DNA from: a virus
Lineage: Duplodnaviria > Caudoviricetes
Virus record (IMG/VR): IMGVR_UViG_3300020037_004820
Length of the DNA: 64,000 bases
Reading direction: 5' to 3' (one strand)
Shown here: one piece after another, positions 28,229 through 39,808 of the stretch
How positions within the stretch are numbered: the first letter of the stretch is position 1
Layout: every line of letters starts with the position of its first letter
Notes under the pieces: model-generated
What the model was told of the DNA's origin: nothing
Database searches by the model: none
The model's input: only the letters and a program-made list of their open reading frames with translations
Position numbers and translations under genes: made by a program

Positions 28229-29294
28229 TTTATTAGCTGATTATAGAAAAGAAACTATAGAAGAATTATTGAAAATTTATCTAAAAAGCTCTATACTAAA
28301 AGAGTTTCTATTTGTATTTCCTTTTTTAACAAAAATTTCATTTACTGATAATGACTTTTCATATTTTATAAGTAAGAAATTAAGAATTAAATATTATGAA
28401 CCAGTTTCTTCTTATATAGAAACTGAAGAAAAATTTTTGCAATTATGTGTTCAAGCTTTACTTGAAATACAGAATGCTCTTTCAACTATAAGCAACTATG
28501 GTCCTTTTTCTGTTTTAGATATTGTTAAAGATTTTCCAAATTTAGCATTCAAATTATACGAAACTGAGAAAGATGTATATAATACATATACAGAAGATGA
28601 TAGATATTCTAAAAATAACTTGTATAGTGAAGTATACGTGCGTGTAGAGGATAATTCTTTAGAAGAAGCCAGAAATGATGAGGAAAAAGCATTCTTATTG
28701 CGCCCAAATGAATTTAGAGGTATAGTAAATCCAACAAGTTTTAAGGAATTATTAGATTCTTCTGGATTGACGCAAGATAGATTTTTGGCGCTTATCAGAA
28801 ACAGATATCTCGGCGTTAGAATTGTTTACAATTCACAGCTTCATTTAGCCAATGTTCAGAATCATAAAACTTTATATGATTCGATATTAGAGGATTCCAA
28901 ATATATCTTTGAAAAAACGAATGCATTAGCTTTTAAGCATAATCCACATACTACTCTATACAAATTTCCTTTAGTTTTAGCTAAAAAAGAAGTAATTTTT
29001 CCTGCATATCTAGGAAGTATACAGGCTATGAAAGATTACATAAATTCTACACAATATTACCAAGATATATTCTTTTTAAAGACTAAACTGTGGGAAGACG
29101 CTAATTTCGCAAAAATGTTTATCTATCATATACCTGTTAAAGCATTTCAATCAGTATTATTTAACAATTTCTGTGAAAAATATTACTTACTACAAGAAGT
29201 GATGCAAGAGAATAAAGTATTCCAAGATTTAGATAAAACTATAATTAAATTGCTACAACGTATAAAATTTGCAGAGGACCCAACTAACATATGA
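28221..29294 (+). CDS. Hypothetical protein, probably structural
   Basis: 357-aa ORF overlapping both neighbours. Confidence 0.6.
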   Translation: MRDLLADYRKETIEELLKIYLKSSILKEFLFVFPFLTKISFTDNDFSYFISKKLRIKYYEPVSSYIETEEKFLQLCVQALLEIQNALSTISNYGPFSVLDIVKDFPNLAFKLYETEKDVYNTYTEDDRYSKNNLYSEVYVRVEDNSLEEARNDEEKAFLLRPNEFRGIVNPTSFKELLDSSGLTQDRFLALIRNRYLGVRIVYNSQLHLANVQNHKTLYDSILEDSKYIFEKTNALAFKHNPHTTLYKFPLVLAKKEVIFPAYLGSIQAMKDYINSTQYYQDIFFLKTKLWEDANFAKMFIYHIPVKAFQSVLFNNFCEKYYLLQEVMQENKVFQDLDKTIIKLLQRIKFAEDPTNI

Positions 29295-29668
29295 ACCCAG
29301 GTTATAGTATAAAACTTCCTTTTCAATATGATCCATCTGATGGTCCGTATAGAACAACTAAAACTATAAAAGAAACTATAACTCAAAATTTGAGAACCTT
29401 ATTTATGACAAATCCTGGTGAACGAATAATGAATATAGATTTTGGAATAGGAATACGACAATTTTTGTTTGAAAATTTCACACCAGAATTGATTGACAAA
29501 TTAGAAGAAAGAATACGCACACAAATTTCTAGATACATAAAAGGAATAGTTATTAATTCTATTAAAGTGGTTCAACTTACACAACAACCTAATAGTATAG
29601 ATATTTCTTTAGATTATAGTATACCAGGTATAGCATCTTCTATACTATTTCAATTAGGAGTAATATGA
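29291..29668 (+). CDS. Baseplate wedge/sheath-initiator, gp25-like
   Basis: ITQNLRTLFMTNPGERIMNIDFGIGIRQFLFE signature. Confidence 0.9.
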   Translation: MNPGYSIKLPFQYDPSDGPYRTTKTIKETITQNLRTLFMTNPGERIMNIDFGIGIRQFLFENFTPELIDKLEERIRTQISRYIKGIVINSIKVVQLTQQPNSIDISLDYSIPGIASSILFQLGVI

Positions 29669-29669
29669 T

Positions 29670-31433
29670 ATGTCTTCAAAAATAATTAATTATACGAATA
29701 GAGATTATGATTCTTTAAAGAAATTTTTGATCGACTATGCAAGACAGTTCTATCCCGATACTGTTCAAGATTTTTCTGAAGCTTCTCCAGGCGCAATGCT
29801 TATAGATATGATGGCATTGATCGGAGATATGTTAGCCTTTTATACAGATTTTCAAGGTAACGAATCTATTTTAGATACAGCCAAACAATTAGAAAATATT
29901 CTGCGCTTAGCAAAAGAAAAAGGGTTCAAAGATACTGGAAAACCTTCTGCTCAAGGTGAAGTAGATATTTATATATTAATCCCAGCAAATTCTTCCGGCG
30001 AACCTGATCAAGCGTATATCCCACTTCTTAAAAAAGACTCATCCTTTTCAGTGAGTACCACAGGTGCATCTTATTTACTAACTCAAGATGTGGATTTTAC
30101 TAAACCAGATGTAAAAAAAGTAGTAGGACGCGTAAATTCAGATGGTATACCTACTTTTTTTGCTTTCAAAGCATCTGGACAAGTTATATCAGGAGCTAGA
30201 TTTTTTCAAAAAGTTGCGGTCGAAACTTTTAAAAATTATTTTAAAGCAAAACTTAATAATCCTTTATTATCAGAGGTATTATCCGTAACTGATTCTAATG
30301 GAAATGAGTATTATCAAGTAGATTATCTAACACAAAATGTTGTATACAAATATATTAAAAATACAGGATATAATAGTGATACTGTCCCCTATGTTTTAGC
30401 AAAAATATATGCCCCAAGACGTTTTGTTGTTGAATATCATGATGGTTTTTATTATTTAGTATTCGGAAATGGTTCCGCAGACAGTGTAACCGATCCTAGA
30501 AATCTAGTTTTAAATTTCTCATCCAGAAATTACATCTCAGATAGAGCTATTGATCCTAAAAACATTATAGAAAGTGATAAGTTTGGAGTTGGTCCAAGTG
30601 ATACGACTCTTACAGTAGTATACAGAGCTAATGATTCTAGAAAGATAGGTGCAGCTCAGCGTCAATTAAATAAAGCCATTAGTCCTATATTTGATTTCTC
30701 AGTAGATGCAGTTGACCAAACTAAAAAGAATGCAGTTGTATCTTCTATCGAAGTTGAGAATGTAAAACCTATTTCAAGTATTTCACAAGTATTAGATGCA
30801 GAAGATATAAAATATAGAGCATACGGTGCATATGCCGCACAAGATCGAGCAGTTAGTAAAGATGATTATATAACATTATGCTATGCAATGGACCCTAAAT
30901 TGGGAGCAATAAAAAGAGCAAATATTTATCAAGATACAAATTCTTTTAAAAGAAATTTAAATTTATGTGTAATTGGGCAAGATGATAATTTATATTTAAC
31001 ACAATGTCCTATAGAATTAAAGACTAATCTAAAAACATGGTTATTGCAGAAAAAAATGATCAATGATACTTTAGATATTATAGATGCAAAAATTATCAAT
31101 TTAGGTGTAGAATGGGTTGTAGATACAAGTGAATCAAATAAACATGTTGTTTATCAAAAATGTATAAGTAAATTATTCGAGTTATTTAATGAAAAACAAG
31201 ATATTGGGGAGTCTTTTTCTATTAGCAAAATATATAAGACATTAAATAACATACCTGAAGTTATAGATACAAAGAAAGTCAAAATTACTTTAAAAAATGG
31301 TACAGGATATGCCTCAAGCGGATTTGATATATATGCAAATCTAAGTAAAGATGGAGATTATATAATTTGTCCAAAAGATCATATATTTGAAGTTAAATAT
31401 ATGGAAAAAGATATAGTGGGGACTGTAATATGA
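29670..31433 (+). CDS. Baseplate wedge subunit, gp6-like (baseplate J family)
   Basis: INYTNRDYDSLK..L..Y, DFSEASPGAMLID, YYLVFGNG and AQDRAVSKDDY motifs. Confidence 0.9.
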   Translation: MSSKIINYTNRDYDSLKKFLIDYARQFYPDTVQDFSEASPGAMLIDMMALIGDMLAFYTDFQGNESILDTAKQLENILRLAKEKGFKDTGKPSAQGEVDIYILIPANSSGEPDQAYIPLLKKDSSFSVSTTGASYLLTQDVDFTKPDVKKVVGRVNSDGIPTFFAFKASGQVISGARFFQKVAVETFKNYFKAKLNNPLLSEVLSVTDSNGNEYYQVDYLTQNVVYKYIKNTGYNSDTVPYVLAKIYAPRRFVVEYHDGFYYLVFGNGSADSVTDPRNLVLNFSSRNYISDRAIDPKNIIESDKFGVGPSDTTLTVVYRANDSRKIGAAQRQLNKAISPIFDFSVDAVDQTKKNAVVSSIEVENVKPISSISQVLDAEDIKYRAYGAYAAQDRAVSKDDYITLCYAMDPKLGAIKRANIYQDTNSFKRNLNLCVIGQDDNLYLTQCPIELKTNLKTWLLQKKMINDTLDIIDAKIINLGVEWVVDTSESNKHVVYQKCISKLFELFNEKQDIGESFSISKIYKTLNNIPEVIDTKKVKITLKNGTGYASSGFDIYANLSKDGDYIICPKDHIFEVKYMEKDIVGTVI

Positions 31434-32845
31434 TAAAAAGAACGTATGCTACAGCAGATACTCAAATAACTAATGGTAAAAGAGATAATCTTTTATTCTC
31501 AGGAAATTTGTCGAATATGGGTAGAGCTGATACAGGTGAATTATTTTCCATATTCAATTCTAATGGTATAAGCACACAATCTTTTCAAAATGATCAATCT
31601 AGATTATTATTTAAGTTTGATATAGATTCTATATTAAATGATTCTGAAATTCTAACATCTTCTGCGGCATATTATTTACGTTTATATAACGTAGCACATG
31701 ATTGTACTTTACCCAGAAATTATACACTAGTTGTACATCCTTTGACTAAATCATGGGAAGAAGGAGACGGATTAGATATTGATAATTATATGGATACAGG
31801 TTCCGCCAATTGGATTTCAGCTTCATCTGGAGTTAGATGGGAAAATACTGGATCAGATTTTAACACATCTTATGCATATTCCCAAACATTTGTTAGTGGA
31901 TTTGAAGACTTAGAAATTGATATTACATCTTTAGTTTCTGTATGGAAATCAGGTACATTGCTTAATAATGGATTAATTGTTAAATTCACTTCTTCTCAAG
32001 AATATACATCACAAAGCTATTATAAAAAATCATTTTCTATGAGAGGTACTCAATATTGGTACAGTCGTCCTTGTATCGAAGTAAGATGGCAAGATGCCCA
32101 ATTTGACGACAGAAACAATTCCTACATAAGTGCAGCATATGCTCCGGGTTCCGACAACTTGAACACCCTCTATTTGTACAATAAGGTAAGAGGGCAGCTT
32201 GTTGACATTCCAAGCGTTGGACAAGGAAACATTTATGTCTCATTGTTTACTGGAAATGTAGCAACTCAAAGTGCATATAATTCAAATGCTACCGGAACTT
32301 GGGTATCGACGGGTATATATAGAGCACAATTTTATTCTACATTTACAGGTACATTATATGATTTTTGGCATAATAACAGTCCTGTACAAATACCAACCAC
32401 TGTTTTCTTCTCGTCTTCTATTAAAATGAAAAATTTCTTAGAAGATTACCATACAAATAATGATGAATTTATTTTATCTATGCCAAATATTCGGGACTTT
32501 TATCATATGAATGATAAAGTTAGATTAGATTTATCTATAAGAAAACGTGCATGGAAAGCTAATATTTATACAACAATGACACAAGAACAAACAAGAGAAT
32601 ATATCAAAAAAGCGTATTACCAAATAAGAAGAAGTTTAGATTCAAAAATAGTCATAGATTATGGAACTGGATCTACATATCATACCTTGTTATCATATGA
32701 TAAAGATGGAAATTATTTCAATTTGAATATGAACTTGTTTGAACCAGATTATCAATACGAAATATCTTATATTTTCGATATTGAAGGTAAAAAAACTCTT
32801 CAAAAAGATAAATTCAAGTTTAGAGTTCAAAGAGAAATTGTTTGA
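31430..32845 (+). CDS. Baseplate-associated protein with a DNRLRE-like beta-sandwich
   Basis: ADTQI, SRLLFKFD, LRLYN, HPLTKSWEEG, IDITSLV..W, NNGLIVK, FSM...RPCIEV pattern. Confidence 0.65.
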   Translation: MIKRTYATADTQITNGKRDNLLFSGNLSNMGRADTGELFSIFNSNGISTQSFQNDQSRLLFKFDIDSILNDSEILTSSAAYYLRLYNVAHDCTLPRNYTLVVHPLTKSWEEGDGLDIDNYMDTGSANWISASSGVRWENTGSDFNTSYAYSQTFVSGFEDLEIDITSLVSVWKSGTLLNNGLIVKFTSSQEYTSQSYYKKSFSMRGTQYWYSRPCIEVRWQDAQFDDRNNSYISAAYAPGSDNLNTLYLYNKVRGQLVDIPSVGQGNIYVSLFTGNVATQSAYNSNATGTWVSTGIYRAQFYSTFTGTLYDFWHNNSPVQIPTTVFFSSSIKMKNFLEDYHTNNDEFILSMPNIRDFYHMNDKVRLDLSIRKRAWKANIYTTMTQEQTREYIKKAYYQIRRSLDSKIVIDYGTGSTYHTLLSYDKDGNYFNLNMNLFEPDYQYEISYIFDIEGKKTLQKDKFKFRVQREIV

Positions 32846-32855
32846 GGGTAAATAA

Positions 32856-35800
32856 GTGAGCATAAAAGAACTATTCGATTCTGAACAAAAAGTTGGAACA
32901 GTGATTTCTAAAAAATCATTATCTGATCTTACATCTTCGTATTTAATACAAAGTCCAGGTGTATTATCTGCTTCATATACAAAATATGATCAATTACTTC
33001 CTCATATAGATTTTTCAAGACCAGAGAATTTTGTAAAATACGGGTCGGCTGAAAAGTATTATTCTGCTTCTATTTCTAGAATTGTATATACTTTTCCGTA
33101 TGATGGGTCTAAAAGAGAGAAGCTTAATTGGAGAAATAGCTCTTCTTATTTAGATAATTATCTTTTTGATGAAGAATACCCAAAACATACAGGATCTATA
33201 ACTATAGGAACAAGTTTTGGAACAGCGTCTGTTAATAGCAGCGGGTATTATACTACGCCAGGAAGACTGGAGTATATTAAAGTAGGACCAGGGTTATCTT
33301 ATGGATCTATATATTCGTCCTCAGACAGAAACTCAGCTTTATCGTTTAATAGTGAAAATGGATTTTGTATTGAATTTTGGATGAAACAAGATCCTTGGAG
33401 TGCAGATATAGCAACTGCATCATATCAATGTATTTTTGACATTGGTGCCCGAGTAGCCGATATTACTTCTTCTTTAGCCTTTGCTAATCCTGCAAGCGGG
33501 TATAGAATTTCTGTTGTTGCAACAGGTACAACTTTAGCATTATTATCAGATGATGGAAATGCCGATTCAACTTTGAATTTTTACAATGCGTTTTCAGCAT
33601 CACAATGGAATCAATTTGCATTAAATGTATTTTCAGGTGGCTCTGTAGATATATGGAAAAATGGTATTAAACAAATTTCATCATCTTCTCTTGATTACGG
33701 AACTTTTTGTGAATGGCCCTATATTCCTGTCGATTTAAGGTTTAGTGGAACTATTGGAGCTTTTTCTAGTATTCCAGGCACATGGTTGGATGGAAATGTA
33801 CAATTAGGATGGAATAAATTTTCAGGTTCTATTGATGATTTTAGATTTTGGAGACGTTCAAGAACAGATAAGGAACTTGCATCAAATTGGTTCCACAGTG
33901 TTGATGGAGGATATGAAACTGATACTGAATTAAATCCAGATATGGGATTTTACTATAAATTCAACGAATATACAACAGGAACAGGTTCGATAGATGCAAC
34001 AGTATTAGATTACTCTGGTAGAAAAAATAACGGTCAATGGATTGGATATTTATCTGGTGCTAGAAGTTCAATAGGAGCAATGTCTAGCGAAGTTAAAGAT
34101 CCTATTCAATTTATCACGTCAGATATAGTTTCAAGTTTTATACAACAAAAATTATCTACAGGAAGCTATTACGATATCCATAATAATGGAGCTATCATAA
34201 ACAATCTACCTTCTTTTATATTAGAAGAAGACTCTAACAATCATTATGTAAATCTAACACAAATTATAGCTTCAATGTTTGATAGATTTTTTCTTCAAAT
34301 ACAGTCTTTAACTTCTCTAAAAGATTCTTCTTATTTTGCTTCTGGATCATTATCATCTGATATAATGCTTAAACTTATAAATTCTAATGGATTACGTTTA
34401 GACAATATTCTAAGTGATTACGATTTACAAGAAATTTTGCAACAAAAAGCCGATACATTTTTGTATGAAAATGATATTGAAAGAATTAAAGAAGTAATTT
34501 ACAAAAACATTTACAATAATTTGGTTTATATATTCAAAGCAAAAGGTACTGAAAAAGCTATTAAGGCTGTTTTTAGATCATTCGGTGTAGATGATGATGT
34601 ATTAAAAATTAAAGGATATGCTAAAGAAGGTGTTATAGAGATAGATGGATCTAAGAGAAAAGATACTGTTCGTAGAAAAAACTTTTTAGATTTATACGGA
34701 TATACTGATCCTAATAATATGAATGGTGTTGTGACTAATGCATATATACCTATTCAAAGTGCTTCATATGCATATTTAACCACTTCGTTAAGTTCTGTAG
34801 AAAAAGTAACAGATTCTTCTAATAAATCTTTAGAATGTTCTATTCTTTTTCCTAAAAAATTAGGATTATCTGATCCTAATCACGTATTTTTAAATCAAAA
34901 TCAATTATCTGCATCTCTATTTGGATTTTACGAGGTAGACCAATCTTTATCTCCTTCTTCTACCGATTTTACATGGCAAACAGGTGGCTATAAATTAAAT
35001 GTATATTCTGTGCAAAAAGATAGATATACTAAAGATGCTAAATTTGTATTTGTAATTTCGGGGTCTACTTTTTCTCAAATATACACTGAAACAATGTTTT
35101 ATCCAGATATCTATGATAATTCAAAATGGACATTTGCTTTTAGAACCTATCATAGTGCATCTAAAGATACTGGACTTATAAATACAGAAATAATTGCTTC
35201 TTCTCATATTAATACGGCAAGTATAGAGTTATATGGTGTTCAAGAAGAAGCTGGAGTTATTATACATTCATTTTCTTTTAGAACGGACATAGCGTATAAT
35301 GGAGTATCAGGAACTGCTACTAATAACCAATATTTATTAGGACAAAAAACTAAACTATATGTAGGAGCAAATAGAACAAACTTTACTGGAACAGTTCTCT
35401 ATCCAACTTATGCAAAATTTATAAATCTAAGATATTGGGATAACATCTTATCAGATGAAGATATTTTAAATCATGCTAAAGATGTTCATAATTTTGGTAT
35501 ACATAGTTCTTCTAGAAATTGGAAAAACTATATAAATTCTATTTGGGATAATCAACCTAGAGAATTTATTCCTAATGCAGAGACTCTATTAGTTAATTGG
35601 GATTTTGAAAACAATTATATACCGGATTCTAATGGGATATTTACTGTTTCCTCATTTAGTTCCGCATCTCAATATACAGCTAATAATATTCAAAGTAATC
35701 AGGAACTTAGAGTTGTAGGCAAGAATTATAGCGCAATAGGCTATGGATTCAATTCAGGTGCTATAGTAATTGATAAAAATTATGCAATAGAACAAAAGAA

Positions 35801-36311
35801 TAGAATTCCTACGGACTATTACGGCTACGATGATATATCATTATTAGATGATTCCGATAAGTATTTTGGAAGGTCTATAAGACCAATTGAATATTTCTAT
35901 ACTATTGAAAATTCTATATATGATGTTATATCTGAAGATATTTTAAATTTCTTTTCATCTATAGACGAGTTTAGCAATTTATATGGATATGCGATTGAAA
36001 GATATAGAACAGAGTATAAATTACTTAGACTTTTTAGAAATATCTTTTTCTCTAAAGTTGGAAATACATCTATAGATATAGATAAATATATTTCATATTA
36101 TAAATGGTTAGATGATGCGATTTCTTCAATAGTTTCTAAATTGTTGCCTGTATCAGCAAATGCAGATGCTAATATAAGAAATGTAATAGAATCTCACGTT
36201 TTGGAAAGAAATAAATATTTATGGAATGCTGAAATTGTAAGACAAAAGCTGATGCATGTAATAGAAGGTTCTGTTAAACCTATTCATTCAAAATTTAATG
36301 TAAACGGCTAA
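32856..36311 (+). CDS. Large baseplate wedge protein with LamG-like domains
   Basis: FCIEFWMK and FSGSIDDFRFWRR LamG motifs. IFKAKGTEKAIKAVFRSFG resembles gp7/P2-gpI-type wedge proteins. GTG start. Confidence 0.7.
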   Translation: MSIKELFDSEQKVGTVISKKSLSDLTSSYLIQSPGVLSASYTKYDQLLPHIDFSRPENFVKYGSAEKYYSASISRIVYTFPYDGSKREKLNWRNSSSYLDNYLFDEEYPKHTGSITIGTSFGTASVNSSGYYTTPGRLEYIKVGPGLSYGSIYSSSDRNSALSFNSENGFCIEFWMKQDPWSADIATASYQCIFDIGARVADITSSLAFANPASGYRISVVATGTTLALLSDDGNADSTLNFYNAFSASQWNQFALNVFSGGSVDIWKNGIKQISSSSLDYGTFCEWPYIPVDLRFSGTIGAFSSIPGTWLDGNVQLGWNKFSGSIDDFRFWRRSRTDKELASNWFHSVDGGYETDTELNPDMGFYYKFNEYTTGTGSIDATVLDYSGRKNNGQWIGYLSGARSSIGAMSSEVKDPIQFITSDIVSSFIQQKLSTGSYYDIHNNGAIINNLPSFILEEDSNNHYVNLTQIIASMFDRFFLQIQSLTSLKDSSYFASGSLSSDIMLKLINSNGLRLDNILSDYDLQEILQQKADTFLYENDIERIKEVIYKNIYNNLVYIFKAKGTEKAIKAVFRSFGVDDDVLKIKGYAKEGVIEIDGSKRKDTVRRKNFLDLYGYTDPNNMNGVVTNAYIPIQSASYAYLTTSLSSVEKVTDSSNKSLECSILFPKKLGLSDPNHVFLNQNQLSASLFGFYEVDQSLSPSSTDFTWQTGGYKLNVYSVQKDRYTKDAKFVFVISGSTFSQIYTETMFYPDIYDNSKWTFAFRTYHSASKDTGLINTEIIASSHINTASIELYGVQEEAGVIIHSFSFRTDIAYNGVSGTATNNQYLLGQKTKLYVGANRTNFTGTVLYPTYAKFINLRYWDNILSDEDILNHAKDVHNFGIHSSSRNWKNYINSIWDNQPREFIPNAETLLVNWDFENNYIPDSNGIFTVSSFSSASQYTANNIQSNQELRVVGKNYSAIGYGFNSGAIVIDKNYAIEQKNRIPTDYYGYDDISLLDDSDKYFGRSIRPIEYFYTIENSIYDVISEDILNFFSSIDEFSNLYGYAIERYRTEYKLLRLFRNIFFSKVGNTSIDIDKYISYYKWLDDAISSIVSKLLPVSANADANIRNVIESHVLERNKYLWNAEIVRQKLMHVIEGSVKPIHSKFNVNG

Positions 36312-36315
36312 TTAC
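36308..36315 (+). promoter_or_regulatory. Putative late promoter
   Basis: CTAATTAC overlapping the stop codon, 16 nt upstream of the ATG at 36332. Confidence 0.4.
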
Positions 36316-36331
36316 AGCAACGGAATACAAC

Positions 36332-39300
36332 ATGCCTTATACTGACCCAACTGAATCAATCTATAGAGTTTTAGGAGAATATTTACCTCATTATACAGGG
36401 AATATTTCCAATATATATAGAATTGCTAATGTTAAATTATCTGGATCGGTTTTTTATAACGACCAGAAAAATATTGTTTCCAAAAGTATAGGAAATTATC
36501 AAAATTCTTATGAAGTTGTAGAATCTACTGGACGAAGAGATAATAATTTATCTCTTCGTTTATATCCTCTATCTCAAAGCATTTCTATTATTAAACTTGA
36601 TGGGCAAGTTCCTTATACTATGCCTGCACGCCAGTTTAATAAAAACATAATTGCTGTAATCTTTAGTGCTCCAGGCGGAAGCGATGTTGATGCAAATGGG
36701 CAACGAGATCTTGAGGGACTAGAATATTCTTCAAATAATAACATAAATTTTAGAAATGCAATCGTTAGAAAAGATATTAACCAAGATTGGAGAACGCCCG
36801 AAACATCTTCGGCATATACTCGTCATAAGACAGATAAAAATACACATTATAGAATATCTCCAATTACCTTAACATTTGAAACCAAATCCGATAATGGATT
36901 TGTTACGCATTTTGTTCCTTATCATATTGATCAAATAGCTTGGCTATCTCAATCGCTTATGAAAACAGAGGTTCAGAAGAAAAGTCATTATATATATTTC
37001 AATGAACAAACGGGAAGTGAATATGTCTTTACTTCTAGTATGGTAGGAAGTGAATTATCTAATTCATTTGGATCAGATTATTGGAGCATATATGGCTATG
37101 TCCCTTGGATACAAACAAGAGCCAGTGAAAATTGGAGACATAGAGCATTAAAAAATAGATCATATTATTATGTTAATAGAAATGAAAATTCTCAAGAAGG
37201 AAAAAGAGGTGTAAGAGTTGATACAGGTTTATTTATACAATCTGGTACATTTGACTCATCCTCCGAAGGTATATTAATTTTTAAAGAACCTTTGTTGGAT
37301 TTTTCTAATCAGTTATCCTTTATAAAAGTTAAAGATAATATGAAAAAAGATATGATTATAAAGTCTCCTATATATAAATCTATATTCTTTAACGAAGAAT
37401 TGAATAATATATATGGAATAGAAGATTCTATAAAAGATAAAGATAGATTAGCTTCTTTCTTAGAAACACAATATTCTTATATAAAAGGTAAAAAATACCA
37501 AATATATCCTAATCCTAAAGTTGGAGGTTTTCTTAGAACTAGAAAACGTGAAAATTTTATATTTAAAGCATGGAAAGATGATTCATTTAGAACACAATCT
37601 CAAGTATATGGAGGGGCAACTCCAAATGCGGATAATACACGACAAGTTAGAAATTCTGCTATAAAAGGTTACACTGTTCCTAGTTTATATGATTTTAATT
37701 TAACAGGATCTATATGGCCTCTGGATCAATATATTCATCCTACAATGTTTTTGACAGGAAATAGAAGAGTTCAAGGTGAGTTAATGATGACTGTAGGACA
37801 GGATAGTATAGCTGAGCAAGTTTTAACTGTTCAAAGATCTTATATGCCAGTAGTTAGTTATAGATATACAGAAAATACAAATCCTATAAGTGTATTACCT
37901 TGGACGGCATATAGAGCGGCAAAATCGACTCCTTTTAAGGACTCAGAGGATGTATATTCTTTACATACTTCTAGAAAATATTTAAGTTATGGTGTTGTTC
38001 CTGAATTCAATGTGTCTCAGCAAATTACAAGTGGTAATTTTACCCAATTAACAAAATATCTAACTGATAATTCATTTGTATTTATGAATACAGGTTCTTA
38101 TACTGTAAATAAACTAACAGATACATATTCTGTAAAAGATACTTTGCAATTCAATATAAATGCTGTTATACAAACTAGACCTTATGATAATTTTTATCCA
38201 TGTCAATATACATTGGAATGTGCTAAACAATTTTCTGCATCTTTATCAAAAGTTAGTAGTTATAACGCTGCTTTATCAAATTATGTAGGAAGTGGATCTG
38301 CTTTATTATTTGCAATGTTTCCATTTTTTAATCCTGGAATATTATATGCATCTATTAAAGCAGGATTGCCTATGTCTTTCAATTTTAATTCAAATTTAAC
38401 ATCTGGAGACATTTGTGAATTTGAAGAAATTTTTGATCCTTCACGTTTCTTGTTAGAATATACAATCCAAAACAATCATTTTACAGAAACATTGTCTGTG
38501 GATCTATATAAAAATGCAATCCTTAATTTCATGGAAGAAGTTCGATATACATTTTGTAAAAATAATAGTTTAGAATATTTTGAATCAAATAACGATGTAG
38601 ATTTTAAAGTGTTCACATCTGGAACAAATTATATATTAGATGTGGTTTTAGATACAGGGAAATTAGATTTCAGTTCTAGTAATATTTCACAATACGGAAA
38701 AGCTATTATAGGTGGAGTAAATTATATAGGATATTCCCATAATTTATATCCTGCAAATATTCCTCCATGGTGGCCTGGGAATGAAACATCTAATGCAAGT
38801 ATAGGAACTAAAGTTGCTAGAATTTCATTCACTCCAACACTTACTAGAAAATATACTTTAGATGAAATTTTCGCATTATCTTCTGTAACTTTTCATAAGA
38901 GATTAACAGATACAATATCTGTTCCACAATCTTATACAAAGTTAACATCTTCGTTTAATTTATTCGAGAAATCAACGGATAATGATGGAAATAGTAAATG
39001 GAAGATAAAATCTAAATGGGAATTTCCATTTTTAGCTTTAACAGGTGCTATGGATCATTTTAGCAGCGCTTTAACGACTAGACCTATAGAAAATACTTGG
39101 AGTAATAACACAGTAGAATATGCCGGTGGATTATGGCATGATTTTTGTGAAGTTCCGTCTTCTGAACAAGGAATATTTTTATCTCTAAAGGATTTTAATT
39201 ATATATCAGGTAGTACTGCTCTTAAATCTGCTTCTTTGGCAAGACAAGTTGGATTTGATATAAATAAGAAAAAACGAGTTGGGGAATTGAATACACAAAA

Positions 39301-39808
39301 AGAAATTTCTGAATTAATATGTATAGTTCCAATTAATAAACAAGATGATACATTTTTTATCATTAATACACCTATTATGTCTAAAAGTTTATCTACAGAA
39401 TCTGCTTCTATATCTACAACATATCATGAAAATATAGAATTTGCAAAACGTTATATTTTGCCACCAAAATTGGACTATACAATCTCTGGAAACAAACCTA
39501 TTTTAATGTTTTGTACAGAAATATCCGACGTGTGGTCTAAACGAGATTTGTCTTATATATGGCAAAATCTTTTGCCACAAAACGGATTAGATCATAAAGA
39601 GAAATCATTAATTTATGAAGTTAAAGATCAAAAAGATTTAGATATGTTAAAGAATAAAGAGATTTACTTTATGATATTTAAATGTAAACAACGTTCTATA
39701 TCTAATCCTCTAGGTTCATATGGGTACAATTGGCCATTTGATATGTGCAGTCTTGTGGAATTGGCACAAATTGAAATGGTTACAGAAGAAATAGGGATAA
39801 ATACATAA
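36332..39808 (+). CDS. Large virion structural protein
   Basis: 1158-aa ORF in the baseplate operon, rich in [ST]-[GAS]-[ST] triplets. Confidence 0.65.
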   Translation: MPYTDPTESIYRVLGEYLPHYTGNISNIYRIANVKLSGSVFYNDQKNIVSKSIGNYQNSYEVVESTGRRDNNLSLRLYPLSQSISIIKLDGQVPYTMPARQFNKNIIAVIFSAPGGSDVDANGQRDLEGLEYSSNNNINFRNAIVRKDINQDWRTPETSSAYTRHKTDKNTHYRISPITLTFETKSDNGFVTHFVPYHIDQIAWLSQSLMKTEVQKKSHYIYFNEQTGSEYVFTSSMVGSELSNSFGSDYWSIYGYVPWIQTRASENWRHRALKNRSYYYVNRNENSQEGKRGVRVDTGLFIQSGTFDSSSEGILIFKEPLLDFSNQLSFIKVKDNMKKDMIIKSPIYKSIFFNEELNNIYGIEDSIKDKDRLASFLETQYSYIKGKKYQIYPNPKVGGFLRTRKRENFIFKAWKDDSFRTQSQVYGGATPNADNTRQVRNSAIKGYTVPSLYDFNLTGSIWPLDQYIHPTMFLTGNRRVQGELMMTVGQDSIAEQVLTVQRSYMPVVSYRYTENTNPISVLPWTAYRAAKSTPFKDSEDVYSLHTSRKYLSYGVVPEFNVSQQITSGNFTQLTKYLTDNSFVFMNTGSYTVNKLTDTYSVKDTLQFNINAVIQTRPYDNFYPCQYTLECAKQFSASLSKVSSYNAALSNYVGSGSALLFAMFPFFNPGILYASIKAGLPMSFNFNSNLTSGDICEFEEIFDPSRFLLEYTIQNNHFTETLSVDLYKNAILNFMEEVRYTFCKNNSLEYFESNNDVDFKVFTSGTNYILDVVLDTGKLDFSSSNISQYGKAIIGGVNYIGYSHNLYPANIPPWWPGNETSNASIGTKVARISFTPTLTRKYTLDEIFALSSVTFHKRLTDTISVPQSYTKLTSSFNLFEKSTDNDGNSKWKIKSKWEFPFLALTGAMDHFSSALTTRPIENTWSNNTVEYAGGLWHDFCEVPSSEQGIFLSLKDFNYISGSTALKSASLARQVGFDINKKKRVGELNTQKEISELICIVPINKQDDTFFIINTPIMSKSLSTESASISTTYHENIEFAKRYILPPKLDYTISGNKPILMFCTEISDVWSKRDLSYIWQNLLPQNGLDHKEKSLIYEVKDQKDLDMLKNKEIYFMIFKCKQRSISNPLGSYGYNWPFDMCSLVELAQIEMVTEEIGINT